Positions 24,793 through 36,600 of a stretch of 64,000 bases of DNA are shown piece by piece. Source of the stretch: Balamuthia mandrillaris (taxonomy: Eukaryota); the NCBI GenBank assembly GCA_031835245.2, contig JAVKOQ020000006.1, positions 1 to 64,000 on the forward strand, read 5' to 3'. Each line of letters opens with the position of its first letter. Positions within the stretch are counted from its first letter, which is position 1. A program made the translations under genes and the position numbers. The notes below the pieces were generated by a model. It had not been told where the DNA came from, searched no databases, and saw only the letters and a program-made list of their open reading frames with translations.

Positions 24793-27700
24793 AGGCCAAA
24801 GTCACTCTGTGATTGACTGTCAGGCCGATAATCATGATACCGCTCTCCAATATGCCTGGACCAGGTCTGGGGTGTTGATAACGTTGCGTTCAGGCTCCCA
24901 AGAGTTGTGGCAGATGGAAAAACCTTTCCACTTCAACCTGTATTCAAGTCCTCGATTGGTATAGTGGTGGTCAAGAATTTTCTCAACCTCTTATTCGTCA
25001 TCAGCAAGCTGTCTGTCTTCGTCGTCACGCGGAATAAATTGTTTGATGCAGTTGAGGTTTACCACTTTATCTGTTTCAGGACCAGCAGTATTCCGCACCT
25101 TGATTGTCTGCGGAGAACAGATTTTGATAATCTTGTAGGGTCCTCCTTTCCAACTACGTCGAAGTTTCTTAGACTCGCCGATGGATGTAGCTTTGGAGTG
25201 AATGAGAACCAGGTCGCCAACCTTAAACTCTTCCTCCAGCTTGCCATGCCTTTTCTCCATCTTCTCTTTTTGGGCGTTGTCTACTCCGCGGGCTTCTTCT
25301 GCAAGTGCACGCTGTGTCTCCTGCAGTTGCCTCACCCACGAATCGTCGGACAGATGAGTAGTGTCCACCAAACCGGTACCGTTGGACTTCCTCCCAAACA
25401 TAAGCTCGTAAGGGGTAAATCGTCGTCCTGGCAGCGGCGCGTGGCGATAAGAATAAAGTAGCATCGGAAGGTACGCACTCCAGGCTTGTTGCCTGCCATC
25501 CACGAATTTTCGGAGCTGCTCCTTAAGGGTGCGGTTGTATCGTTCAACCATGCCATTTCCTTGGGGATGCTCTGCCGTGGCGTATTTACGCTTGATGCCA
25601 AGAAGAGTCGACAGCTCATTGTTGAGTTTGTTGACGAACTCTTTTCCTTGATCAGACAGAAGCTCCTTAGGGAGGTCCGTGCTCACGAATATCTCAAGTA
25701 AGGCCTTCGCCACTTCCTTAGCTTGTTTCGTCTTCAATGGACAAATGTCCAGCCAACACATGAAGGCGTCGATGGTGACCAAGGCATATCAGTACCCTTC
25801 AGCCATCAAGGGCAACTCACCGATCAGGTCCATGCAGACCAACTCGCCTGGCTCGTTAGCAATGATGTGACCCAACGGCCCGTCGGCTTTCTTCCGCGGA
25901 GCCTTCGCCTCCTGGCATTCCACACAGCCCTTGACCCAACGTTCCACATCTTTGTGAATTCCAGGCCACCAGTACTGCGTGATGAGGCGGGAGTACATCT
26001 TCGTAAGGCCGAAATGCCCACCCGTAGGAACATCGTGGAACTGACAAAGTATCTCGTTCCTAAGCTCCTTGGGCACGATTTGTTGGATGGTAGCTTGTTT
26101 GACCTTGGCTTTATCAGGCCAAATTGCGTGTAATAAATGTCCGTCTTGAAGGAAGCACTGCTCCATGAGCGCCAACTGACGGGGTGTCTTGTGTTGACAT
26201 GCCTCCTTGTTGCCTTCAATGGCTTCAACGATCCATGAAAATTCATTGTTGATACACAGCAGCTCAAGCCATGAGTCGGAATCCAACTCCTTATCCAGTA
26301 AAACCTGCGGGGAGCCATTTTCTTGTGACTGTATCCCATGGTCGTCTTTGTTGTCTGACTGGCTGCCTTCCCCTCTGTCTGTGAAAGTAACCTGCTTGCG
26401 GTTCTTCAGATGAGTAACAGTGTTGACTGCACTGAGAGCGAACAGTTCATGGCTGAGACTATCGGCATTGGAATGTTCCTTCCCTGGTCGGTGGGTAACT
26501 TGGATGTGGCCGAATTCCTGCAGCTTGGCAATCCACCTTGCCAACTTGCCCGAAGGGTTCTTCTGAGAGAACAGCCATTGCAGAGCTGAATGGTCAGTAA
26601 CGACACATTCTAACTGCTGAAGAACATAATGTCTCCAATGCTGTAGGAAGAAGACAACGGCGTAAGCCTCCTTCTCCGTGGCGCTCCAATTGAGCTGCGG
26701 ACCGGAAAGCTTCTTGCTACCGTAGGCTACAACATGGTATAGCCCATCCTCTCCTTTCTGCTCCAGAGTTCCCCCGATGGCGTAATCGCTGGCATCACAG
26801 CAGATCCGAAAGTCCTTTTCAGCATCAGGGTAGGCAAGGACAGGAGAACTGGTCAGAGCCTCCTTTATCCCTTGGAAAGCCTTTTCCTGCTCGTTGCTCC
26901 ACATGAACTTCGTTTTGGGGCTCGTGAGGTTGGTGAGGGGCTTCACCATCTTGGTGAGATGATGGATAAACTTGCAATAGTAGTTTGCAAGTCCAAGGAA
27001 GCTTTGTAGTTGCTTCCTGGTGGTAGGGTGTGGGCAATCTTGCACCGCCTTGACCTTGCTCTGTACTGGGCTAATTCCATCGCTAGACACCATGTGTCCA
27101 AGGTACTCCATCGTCTCCTTCATGAAGGCGCATTTGTTGACCTTCATGTAGAGTCAATACTCACAGAGACACTCAAAGACCTTGTGTAAGTGAACGAGGT
27201 GGTCCTCAAATGTCTTAGAAAAAACGATGATGACACCAAGAAAACTTCTGCTTGAATTTGCTGAAGATCTCGTCCATTCCTCATTGGAACGTAGCTGGAG
27301 CGTTAGTAGGTCCGAAGGGCATAACCACAGGCTCAAACTGACCGGATTTTGTAACAAAGGCACACATATTTGCAGTACGTTCCTCCATAAGGAAGTGCCA
27401 ATAACTGCACGCTAAGTCGAATTTGGATCAGAACTTGGAGCCATGGAGGCAATTCAGTCCGTCCTCAACGTTAGGCATTGGGTAGGAATCCTTCACCATA
27501 CGTTTGTTTAGCTCTCTGTAGTTGATACAGAATCGTGGCTTTCCGTCCTTCTTGATGACGATGATCACAGGGTGTGCCCATTCACTGACAGATTTGCGAA
27601 TGACGCCCATAAGTAGCATGTCGTCCGTGGCAGCATCGATGGTCTCCTGAACCTTGGCGCTGACCTTGTGAGGGTTCACACGGGTGGGGGTATAATCCGT

Positions 27701-29797
27701 TAGGACTATCTTGTGGGGTGGAAGTTTGACACTTCCCGGCTCAGGAAGCTTGTAGCAGAAGACGTCCTTGTATTCAAGGGCCAGCTCTAGAAGCCGTGCT
27801 TTCTGCCCGATATCCAGGTCCGCGTCGTTCACGAGCTCTCTCAAGCCCGTCATTACCTCTTCCTCGGTAGGAAGCTCCACCGGGTAGATAACATCCATGA
27901 CATCTTGGGTCTCCTTTGTGACTGAGGTGCACACTCGGTCATCATCAGAGTCACCAGACGAACCGTCCACAGGTTTGCTCTCAGTGAGAAGTAACCAGTG
28001 TTGTCGTGCTTCCAAAATATCCCAGCCAATAAGAAGATCGTGCGGCATCGGATCATCCTCTGCCAAGACAGCAACGGTTGCCTTGACGTTCTCATGAGTA
28101 GGCGTCTGAAAACGAAGAGTGACGTAACCCTTCGGCTTCACTTCATGGCCAGTAGCACTTCTCCACATATCCCCGTTATGTAGGCTACTAATTTTCACTC
28201 CTTTGGGTAGAAGTGTTTGTCGGATGAAGCTATCGGTGGCACAGGAGTCCAGCGCGGCCTCGATAGTCCTTCCTCCAGAGATCTTCATAGACATCCTCGG
28301 TAGACAACACGCGTTCTTGACGACAATATTCGTCGATCCTGTCCTTCCACCAGCACTGTCCTTCTGGGCCGGCGCCTGGCTTTGGCTTCCAGACTTGCCC
28401 TTTGTGTCCCACAAAGCACCGCCAAAAGTATCCTTCTTCTTGCTTTGGTCGACACGTTTCTTTTCCGAGCACTCTCTTGTCCAGTGCTCTCTCGACTTGC
28501 AGTTGTAGCAAAAGGGTCGTTTCTTCTTCCCATCATTGCCCGAACTGCTGTCGTTGTTGTTCTTTTCTCGTCAGGAGCTCCTTGACCGATGGTCCAAGCT
28601 CTTCTTCGCGTGCCGTCGTCCTTCCCAGTCTCTCGTGAGGTTCAGGGCATCAGCCATATTAGCAATGTCCTCCCACTAAAGGAATTTCTCCTTCAGGTCC
28701 GGAACAGCTCCTGTGACGAACTTCTCCAAGACCTGAGTCTCGCTGAAATCCGTGAGGAAAGCCTCTCGCAGCGCTGTTCGCACTCGCAAGTTCCAAGCGT
28801 CCACAGACTCATCAACGTTCATCCGAAGATTTCCAAGCGTCATGATCTTAGCAGTTGCTCGGTCACAATGCCGGAAGCAGTTGAGAAGCTGTGTTTTCGC
28901 TTCCGTGGGGGTTAGTAGGACGCCACCTTTCGTTCGTTCTTGCTCGAGGAAGCGGCGAACGACATCAGCGTTATCACGAAGTTGTCCTTCAAAGTGAAGG
29001 ATATAATCCTGATGACTCCAGCCAGCGGTGGTCGCATAGTGGTTGAACGAGGTCAAAAAGATGTTTGGGTCCTCATTTGGCTTGCCATGGAAAGTCGGCA
29101 GCGTTTCTGCAGTAAGCAGACTCTGTGTCAGCTGAACATCGCCCAAGCTGTCACCAAGGTTTTTGGCCATGCGTCGTCGAAAATCTTGACAGCGGGCCGT
29201 GAGATTAAGAGTTTTTCTCTTCTCCTTCTCCTTTTCTTCCTCCTCTTCGCTTGTAGACGAAGAGCTGGACCCAGAGCCGAGACCGTCATCCTTCTGTCCG
29301 TTGTCCGCAAGTTGGGCCTTGAGAAGATTTTGCAGTTGAGAGATTGAGTCATTAAGAGCCGCAAGAGCTACATCGTTGCTTTTTCTCGCTAGTTTAACGT
29401 CGTTAGAGAGCACATCTGCAAAGGTTTCCAACTTTAGATCAAGATGGTCGATGTGGTCAGACAAAGAAGAAGCATCGCTAGCCTGCTTGACCCAGAGCTT
29501 GTCATGGTCCACTTGGCTTGTGTGAAGCTCAGAGAGGGCCTGGTCTATGGTGTCTAGCCTGTCCGTTGGAAGAGTTGTAGTAGTAGGGGAGGGAGTGTTG
29601 GAAGCTGGAGGGATAGCACCACCGGAAAGTGGACCGCTCTGGGTACCAGAAGAAGGTGTTGTACCTGTCTGTGGTGAAGTTCCTGACATTGTGTCACCAA
29701 ATACTGCTATGAAAGCGCTCCAAGTTTCCTCCAAAAAACCCCGAGTATCCAAAATAGGTTAATTACCCGAAAACCGAACTTACCAAGAAAAAAGTAA

Positions 29798-29810
29798 GCC
29801 GATGTCACCA
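29798..29810 (-). other. Primer-binding site of the gypsy element (tRNA not identified)
   Basis: TGGTGACATCGGC lies 2 nt after the 5' LTR; TGG is complementary to the tRNA CCA end. Confidence 0.75.
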
Positions 29811-31168
29811 AGTGTGATAAGGCCGGTAGAGGAACAACCTAACGGACATCAACTCGATGGACGTAGGGAAAAGACCTTTAATAAAATGAATAGAAGAGAT
29901 ATATATACAAGGAGAGATAGGGATAGGTATTATGGGAGAGTGGTATAACAACGCCAACTCACTTTTAAGCAACGCCAGATCTTTAAACGATGATTTAAAC
30001 ATTCAACATTAGCCCAGTGGGTTTTGGTATGCAGCTTATTCCATATTTTTTGCTCTTCTGTTAAAGTATCCCATGGACCTTTATAAGGAGTGAGAAAAGC
30101 AGGGTGTCCAATATATCCTTTGTCAGCTGTCACCTGTTCTTTTGTTTCCAGTTCATGAACAAGCTTAAGCTTTGCAATTGTCAAATCATGCATAGAACCC
30201 ATTATTCCTCCATAAACCCACACAATTTGGCCAGTATGTAGGTGAACACCAACTTCATACTTGAGTGTATGCTGCTTACATTTTCCACAATAAACGTCCT
30301 TCTCATCTACAATAGTTGGCTTGGCTATTGGGCAACAAGTACAGTCAACACAACAAGATGGAGATAATATATCTTGGTCAACCCATCTATTTTCCCAATG
30401 GATCTGTTTGTTTTTAGTAAGAATTTTCCTAAAACTAAAAATAATTACTTACTGTATCTAAATGCTGGTATACAATCTAAATTAAATTCCAAACATGAGA
30501 TCGGAATGTTTTTCGGTCTACATGAAGCAGTGCACTTGCTTGATCTTCTGTTGGGTAAACCCTAAGAAAGTAAAGCATCCACAGGAAATGTTGTTGTGAA
30601 AGCCCAAGTGATGTAATATAGTTTTGTAAAATATTCCAAATTAAAGCTATAGAGCTTAATGAGAGCCCTAAATAAGACTTTCGGGTTCGTTCTGTACTAC
30701 CAAGCCACTCGGAGATTAATGTATCCCAACTATGAAGATGTTGCCTATTTTTGGAAATAAATTTCAATAATTATTACAATAGAAAGAATAAAAATTTTAC
30801 TAACTTTGTGGGCCATGAATTTGCTAAGTTCATATTTGTGACTTTTGTGGTATTTTGTGGTTTGTTTGTGGTTTGTAGTTTAGAAAAAGGTACACTATTT
30901 TTTCAGTTTTGTATCAACCAATTGGAGTTCATAAAAAAAACTCCGCACCAATGAAAACGTGCCAACAAATACTTCAAACTAAGCCACAAACCACACCATT
31001 CTTGAATTTGTGGTTTGTAGTTTTGTTTGTGGTTTGTTTGTGGTTTGTGATTTTGTTATGTTTCTTTTTGGTTTTTTGATAATAATCACAATAGTAACGA
31101 TAATTTTATTTTTCGTCTTTTTTTTTTTGGTTGACTTATCACTTCCAAGTCAACAAGCCTTTGTTACT

Positions 31169-31998
31169 ATGGAGGAAAAGGCGAAAAAAGAAACAAAGGC
31201 AACACCACCAAGAAAAACAAAAAAAACGTGGAATAATGATGAAGTGGAGAAGCTACTTGTAGGCTTAGAAGCAAACAAATCTTATGAGGAGTTGGCAGAT
31301 GAACTTCAGGTAACTCAAGTGCAAGTTTGCTCAAAAGTCTCTAGTATTCACAAACAACAAAAAATGCACAATATTCCATCTCAAAAAGAACATAAGTTTA
31401 TTAATCTCTCTTCTCCTTCATTGTTTTCTCTTTTTTCCTTTCTCTTTCTTTCTTTTTTTTTTTAAATACTTACTTTCTATGCTTGTTGTTGGTTGATTTA
31501 GTTGCCACTGGTCTTGCTATTCTTTCAAGAGGAGGAAAATCACCACGAAAGAAACGCCGTGTTGCAGATGAAGCAGGTGAGGATGAGGAAAGTGAGGAAA
31601 AGGGAACAGAAAATGAGTGGGAAGAACCAGTTTGTACAGGTGTGCCTTTGCATACAATTGTAGAAGTTGATAACGGCTACATCATCTTTGTGCGGAAAGT
31701 TCATTGGGTAACTTATGAACGAAATTGTCATCCCCCCTTTCATGCAACACTTCATTTTAAATTTGAACCAGAAGAAGTTGTTGCCTACATGGAAGAGTTT
31801 GGAGATGATCTACCACACAACTTTCCGGTACGATTTTACAACCAACATCTCAACACTGACATTAGTGGCGACATCACTCTCTCTTTTTCAAAAGCGATCG
31901 ACCCTTCTCTTGGTGCTTCCAAGCGTGAAGGCGAGCACAATATGAAATATTTTCTTCCTTTTGCTACCGAAAAAAAGGATAATAAATTTATTTTATAA
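31169..31998 (+). pseudogene. Myb/SANT-like second gene of the Harbinger-like element (intron donor mutated)
   Basis: KTWNNDEVEKLLVGLEANKSYEELADELQVTQVQVCSKV; NLS-like PRKKRR. The intron at ~31392-31501 has donor ATAAGT instead of GTAAGT. Confidence 0.65.
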
Positions 31999-32039
31999 GC
32001 AGTTTTTGCTTGTTCTTGTCTATTTCCCCCAATTGGAAT

Positions 32040-32817
32040 CATTCAGATGAGTTTGACAAGGATGTGTTAGTTGAAGCTGCAGCAACTTATGAGGCCAAAA
32101 ACAAATCTCCTCTTCGTTGGCCCAATATTCATCGTCAGCTTTGCCATCAACATATCTCTGGCATTCTACAAGGTTTTTTCAGTGGCTTGAATGAGCTGGT
32201 GGGTGAGTTTGTAGCTCCTGTACTTCCCAAGTTGGTCAACGGATCACCCATTCACAAAGCATTCCTCACCTCTCGTCGTCAAGAGCAGCCATTCTTACCT
32301 ACTTCTCCTAATGATGTTCTGAAAAATAAACGATGATGATGATGATGAAAGGAATCATAACTCAAAAGAAAAAACACCACCACGACAACGAGTTCGCAGA
32401 GCACTTCAGCGACAACAAATGTTATCCAATCTACTCAAATATCATAAGAATGGTCATCGACAACGGATTGCTTGGCAGACACCAGAAATCCGTAGACTTG
32501 TCACTTGGCGCTTGCGTGATGGATGGTCTTGGTTGGAGATTGCCAAACACTTGCCTACCCAACGCCGAACCAACAATGATTGCTATGACAAATGGCGCAA
32601 TCTCCTCACAGAATTCTTCAACAATCTCGATGCTTTGAAAGACAAATACTTGGTGGCCCATGATGAGGACTTTGACACACCGGATGATGACCATGCTTCC
32701 CTCCCATCATCTCCTACTTCTACTACCACCACTACAGTCATATCCATCTTGGATGAAGAGGAAGAGACAAAGGAGAATGATGATGATGATGATGATATTA
32801 TGATTATATCCAGTTAG
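32040..32817 (+). pseudogene. 5'-truncated, frameshifted Myb/SANT-repeat gene remnant
   Basis: AWQTPEIRRLVTWRLRDGWSWLEIAKHLPTQRRTNNDCYDKWRNL shows W-W-W spacing typical of Myb. An upstream weaker repeat reads DVLVEAAATY...RWPNIHRQL. Confidence 0.6.
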
Positions 32818-33290
32818 ATTAAAAATATATATTCCTATGAGAAAATTGAAAAAATTGCTACTTTGCCCCACTTTATCCGTTGGACTTATAGACTTAGAGT
32901 TTTATAGAATGGACCATGGGGAGTTGAATGCTGTAGGTTCTGAGTACCCGCCCCTAACCAGGTGTTTAAACAGGTGTTTATACAGGTCTGATCATCTACC
33001 GGAGTAGTAGGCAAAAGCCATGCATTCAAAGCAACAACAATAGCAGCAGCAGCAGAAACAGCAGCTCCAATCAAACAAGGGCAAAGGCATAAGGGAAAAC
33101 AACCTCAAGAAGACAAAGACAAAAAAGAAGATGAAAAAGAAGAAGAACAACAAGAAGAAGCAAACAAAGTGGAAATTGAGAAAGGTAAAAACAAGAACAA
33201 AGAAAATGATGAAGAAGATAAAGAAGAGTTGTACAACAAAGAGACAGATGAAGATAAGACAGACAAAGATAAAGATGAAGAAAAAGAAGC

Positions 33291-33369
33291 TGTGATACGG
33301 CTGGTAAGGGAACAACCCCAACAGAAAAAGAGAAGGGAATAACAGAATTAGGGAGAAAAACTGTACACA
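33291..33369 (-). mobile_element. 79-bp TG...CA remnant related to the family-A LTR
   Basis: TGTGATACGGCTGGTAAGGGAACAACCCCAAC resembles TGTGATAAGGCCGGTAGGGGAACAACCTAAC. No clean TSD. Confidence 0.55.
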
Positions 33370-33496
33370 TGAAGTGAGTCTTTCTAATAAGAGCAAACCA
33401 AGAACTACCCCAATCTTATCTCTCCTTTGTGAGTGTTGTACAAGAGAGAGGGATTGGCACGACCCAAGGCCGGGTTGGGACACTTTTAAAAAAATA

Positions 33497-33590
33497 AAAC
33501 TAGCCAGGCCTTCTTTCACTAGCCCAGAATGGCAGTATGCATTCAGTATGTTAATAAAAATGGTGGCATTGGGTAAAATGCCTTATTGTT
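33497..33590 (-). pseudogene. Isolated PLS-class PPR fragment (L2-type motif)
   Basis: GILPNATIFINILNAYCHSGLVKEGLASF compared with [29 protein letters not shown] at ~63470-63555. Confidence 0.7.
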
Positions 33591-33699
33591 GTATTTTATG
33601 AAGACCTGAGGAAACCTCTCATCCTTCCCTTCTCCTTTCTTGATGTTTCCTTTTCTTTTAGTAAATTAAGTTTGGGTCTCGTACTTACTTTGTCTCTGC

Positions 33700-36600
33700 T
33701 ATCATTCCCGTTCTTATTTAACAACACTTGTGCTCTTTTTGACCTCTATTTGTGCGTTGTATGTAGGTTTGGACAGAGGAAACGGAGAGGAAAGTGCTTG
33801 ATAAGCCACCAAGAGAACTGAAAGAGGTGTTTCTCATGAAAGTTCTATTTTGGTTAGAATAATACACAGGCAGCAGACTTTGCTTTGGCGTAACTGTGGG
33901 AGTACATCATATTGGGTTGGATGGTTTCTTCTTGTTCCCTCCAACGGTGTTGTTCATACTCAAGCATTTCATTCCAAAAGTCATCACTGATCACCTCTTT
34001 GTTTTTTTGCTCTTTGTCTTTTGGCAGTAACAATAAGATCTGTCTAGCAAGTCCGCTCTCTTGTTGTGTTGAATAGGAATAAAAAAATTGTTTTTCAATG
34101 AAGAAAGAAGACAACAAGAAACTACAGGAGAAAACATACCTGATTCCAACATGCGGTGGTATTTACGAGCATTGTTGAAACAACTGTCCTGCTCTTCTGC
34201 TCTAACGAGTTTAGCCATTTCGATGTAACACAATGCTGCGTTGTAAATTACATTTGCATCTTTTTGTTTCTGTTACAATATAATCCAAAAAACAAAAGGT
34301 TAGATGATGAAAAGAAAGAGAAAACAAAAGAAAGCATTACTTTAGGGTCGGTGGACTGAGCTTCATGCAGACTATCAAAGACAGCAGTTGCCTCAATGAC
34401 CAAGGCAAGAGCTTCCTCTAAAGATGGACAACATAAAGCCCTATCAAACATACAGATGGCATAATTGTATCGAACATTTTCTAATTCAGACTCCAGATCT
34501 GGATTTTGTTTAATCTTTGTTTGTTATGTGTTGCTGTTAATACTAGAAGAATGCAGAAAGCAGATGTTGACGCACCACTTGTCGAGCCTCTTCGAACTTT
34601 CTTAGGGCCAAAGTGAATAAAGGATTGCCGCTGGTGTTTACATTTGTACTATTCACGAATTTCATATTCTTTGGTTTCTTTTTTCGTGGTACATTTGTTG
34701 TATGCCGAAGCTCTTGTTTGGTCTTCTTTTCTTTGACTTGCTTCTTTCTTTGAGTTTCTATTGTCATTGTGCTTTTGGCCAAAGTCTTCTTTTTTTTCTT
34801 CTTTGCTCCTTTGTCTTTTGCCTTAGCATATTGGCTCTTTTTCGCTTCTGGGACTTGCATCGTACTTTTCTGTCTTTGTTGTGTTTTTTCTTCACCATTC
34901 TTTTTTTCTTTTCCGATTGCTTCTCCTTCTTTTACTTTGCTGCTGATTCCTTTCTCTTCTTCTTGTACTTTGCCATTTTCTCGAAGAAGACGAGCTTTTG
35001 CTGGGTTGGACTTGGCAACTGCAGCATACTTCAACGCAATACCCCAGTTGTTCAAGCTTGAAACGTCTCCTGTTCTTCGTTCCATCGTTTCCAAATAACA
35101 TCTACAAGCTTCTGCGATTTTCTTCATCCCTTTTCTTCTTGTTTCCTTTGGTGTTGCTTCTTCCAAAAGTTTTTTGCCCTCTTGAAAGAGAACGTATCCA
35201 TCGTAGAACGAAACTAAATGCAAACGATCAACCACCACTTCAAGTTCCTTAACATCCTCTTCTTTGAAAAAGAACATCATCTTCTTTTGCTGTTGATAAA
35301 AATTCTTCCTCGATCGTTTGGTCCAAATGATGCCTGAAACTTTGTTTAATCGATTAAACATCCATCTTTTGTCTAGCTTTTCAGGCTGAAGAAAGCTTTT
35401 GTCAGAAGAGATATCCACATCAAATCTTCGTTGTATGCCTTTCGGCAAGAGTTCTGTCCACAGTTCTAACTTAGCTTCTGCTTTGCTTATTGTTGAAGAT
35501 GAAGGCGAAGTTGAAGAAGAAGATGATGATGAAGACAAACGGAAGAGGGCGTTGTAGAAAGAAGATGTTAAAGCATGATATACTTTCGGATCTGGTGAAG
35601 CTGCATTTCTCATCTGTTCCCGCAATAGATTTTTGCTTACTTCAAAGCAACAATATAGACAAAAGGATAAGCGTATGAAGATCATTCGAAGAAAATGAAG
35701 GAAGAAGTGGAAGAAAGAGAAGAAGGTACCCCTGACAATCATTTCCATGAGAAGCAGCTTTCGTAGCTTCTTCTCTCGAATTAGCTCTCGTAACTTGCCC
35801 AAATATCGTACATTTAACCTGGGAGAGATGTGTATGGTGTGTTGTTATTTGCATTACAAGAAGAAAATTAGTCGGTTCATAATAGCATACGAGCAAGAGA
35901 ATGAAGAGAGACTGAGAGATGGAGAGGGAGAGAGAGAGAGAGAGAGAGAGAGCGCGAGAACATACCCTTCGCGATGAAGCAAAACAACTAGATGCTTGAT
36001 ATCTTGTTGTGAATCCAAAAAACGATTGTTCTTACTATCCCAACAATCATCTCGCAACAAACGCAAGTTGCTTCCATGTTTCCTCCACAATGATGAAGTG
36101 TCGTTGTTTATGGCGGAAGCCAGCGCAGGCAAGGTCTCTTGTTCCAACACTCTGGAGGCTTCTCGTAGTTCGTCGTTGATAAGTTTGAAGGCTGCTTTAT
36201 CTTTGGAGGAAGAACCTGGAAGCCCCCATGCACAAAAGCCATCCGAACACAATGGAAGCTTGTCTTTAGCTGAATTGATGGGTGAAATTTAAACAAGTGT
36301 GTCCAAGATGGAACAAGAACAAGAACAAGAACAAGAACAAGAACAAGAACAAGAACAAGAACAAGAACAAGAACAAGAACAAGAACAACAACAAGAACAA
36401 CAACAAGAACAAGAACAAGAACAACAATGACAGCAACAGAAAAAAGAAGAGGTTATGTTTCCAACAAAAGGAGTACACACCATCAGGTGGTCGGTAGTAC
36501 TTCACAAACTCTGGCCTAAACAAACGATACAAAAAGGTGCCCTTATACCTGCTATCTGGAATCATGGGAGGCATTACGCGATGTGTATCTAAAAGGTAAA

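Larger units (their letters stand above)
24643..29950 (-). mobile_element. Full-length Ty3/gypsy LTR retrotransposon (5.3 kb), degenerate gag-PR-RT-RH-INT
   Basis: 138-bp LTRs (24643-24780 and 29813-29950; 3 differences counted). Gag CYNCKSREHWTREC; PR ALDSCA; RT RFCINYRELN, YPMP, MPFGPTNAPATFQ; RH CDASDYAIG, TDHSAL; INT HH-CC, SDQGKEF, GNGMVER, GPY. TSD GCGT/GTGT on the minus strand. Confidence 0.96.
24546..30767 (-). pseudogene. DDE (Harbinger/IS5-like, DDE_Tnp_4) transposase split by the gypsy element
   Basis: LWMLYFLRVYPT; an intron at ~30405-30455; CVDCT, LKYEVGV, HDLTI, ADKGY and NVECLNHRLKIW motifs. The frame resumes after the insertion as WR|HGHTQHHQAFYVIAKMTNVELLFTPLRKNK*. Confidence 0.85.
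24521..32038. mobile_element. PIF/Harbinger-like DNA transposon (~2.2 kb once the gypsy insert is removed) with 17-bp TIRs
   Basis: TTCCAATTGGGGGAAAT (24521-24537) and its exact reverse complement (32022-32038) bracket a DDE_Tnp_4-type transposase and a divergently oriented Myb/SANT-like gene. No TSD found. Confidence 0.8.

Noticed and set aside
27150..27420. Apparent inversion inside the gypsy RT suggested by a plus-strand ORF
   Set aside because: The minus strand still reads AFVTKSGQFEPVVMPFGPTNAPATFQ; the gap in the ORF track is due to stops and frameshifts.
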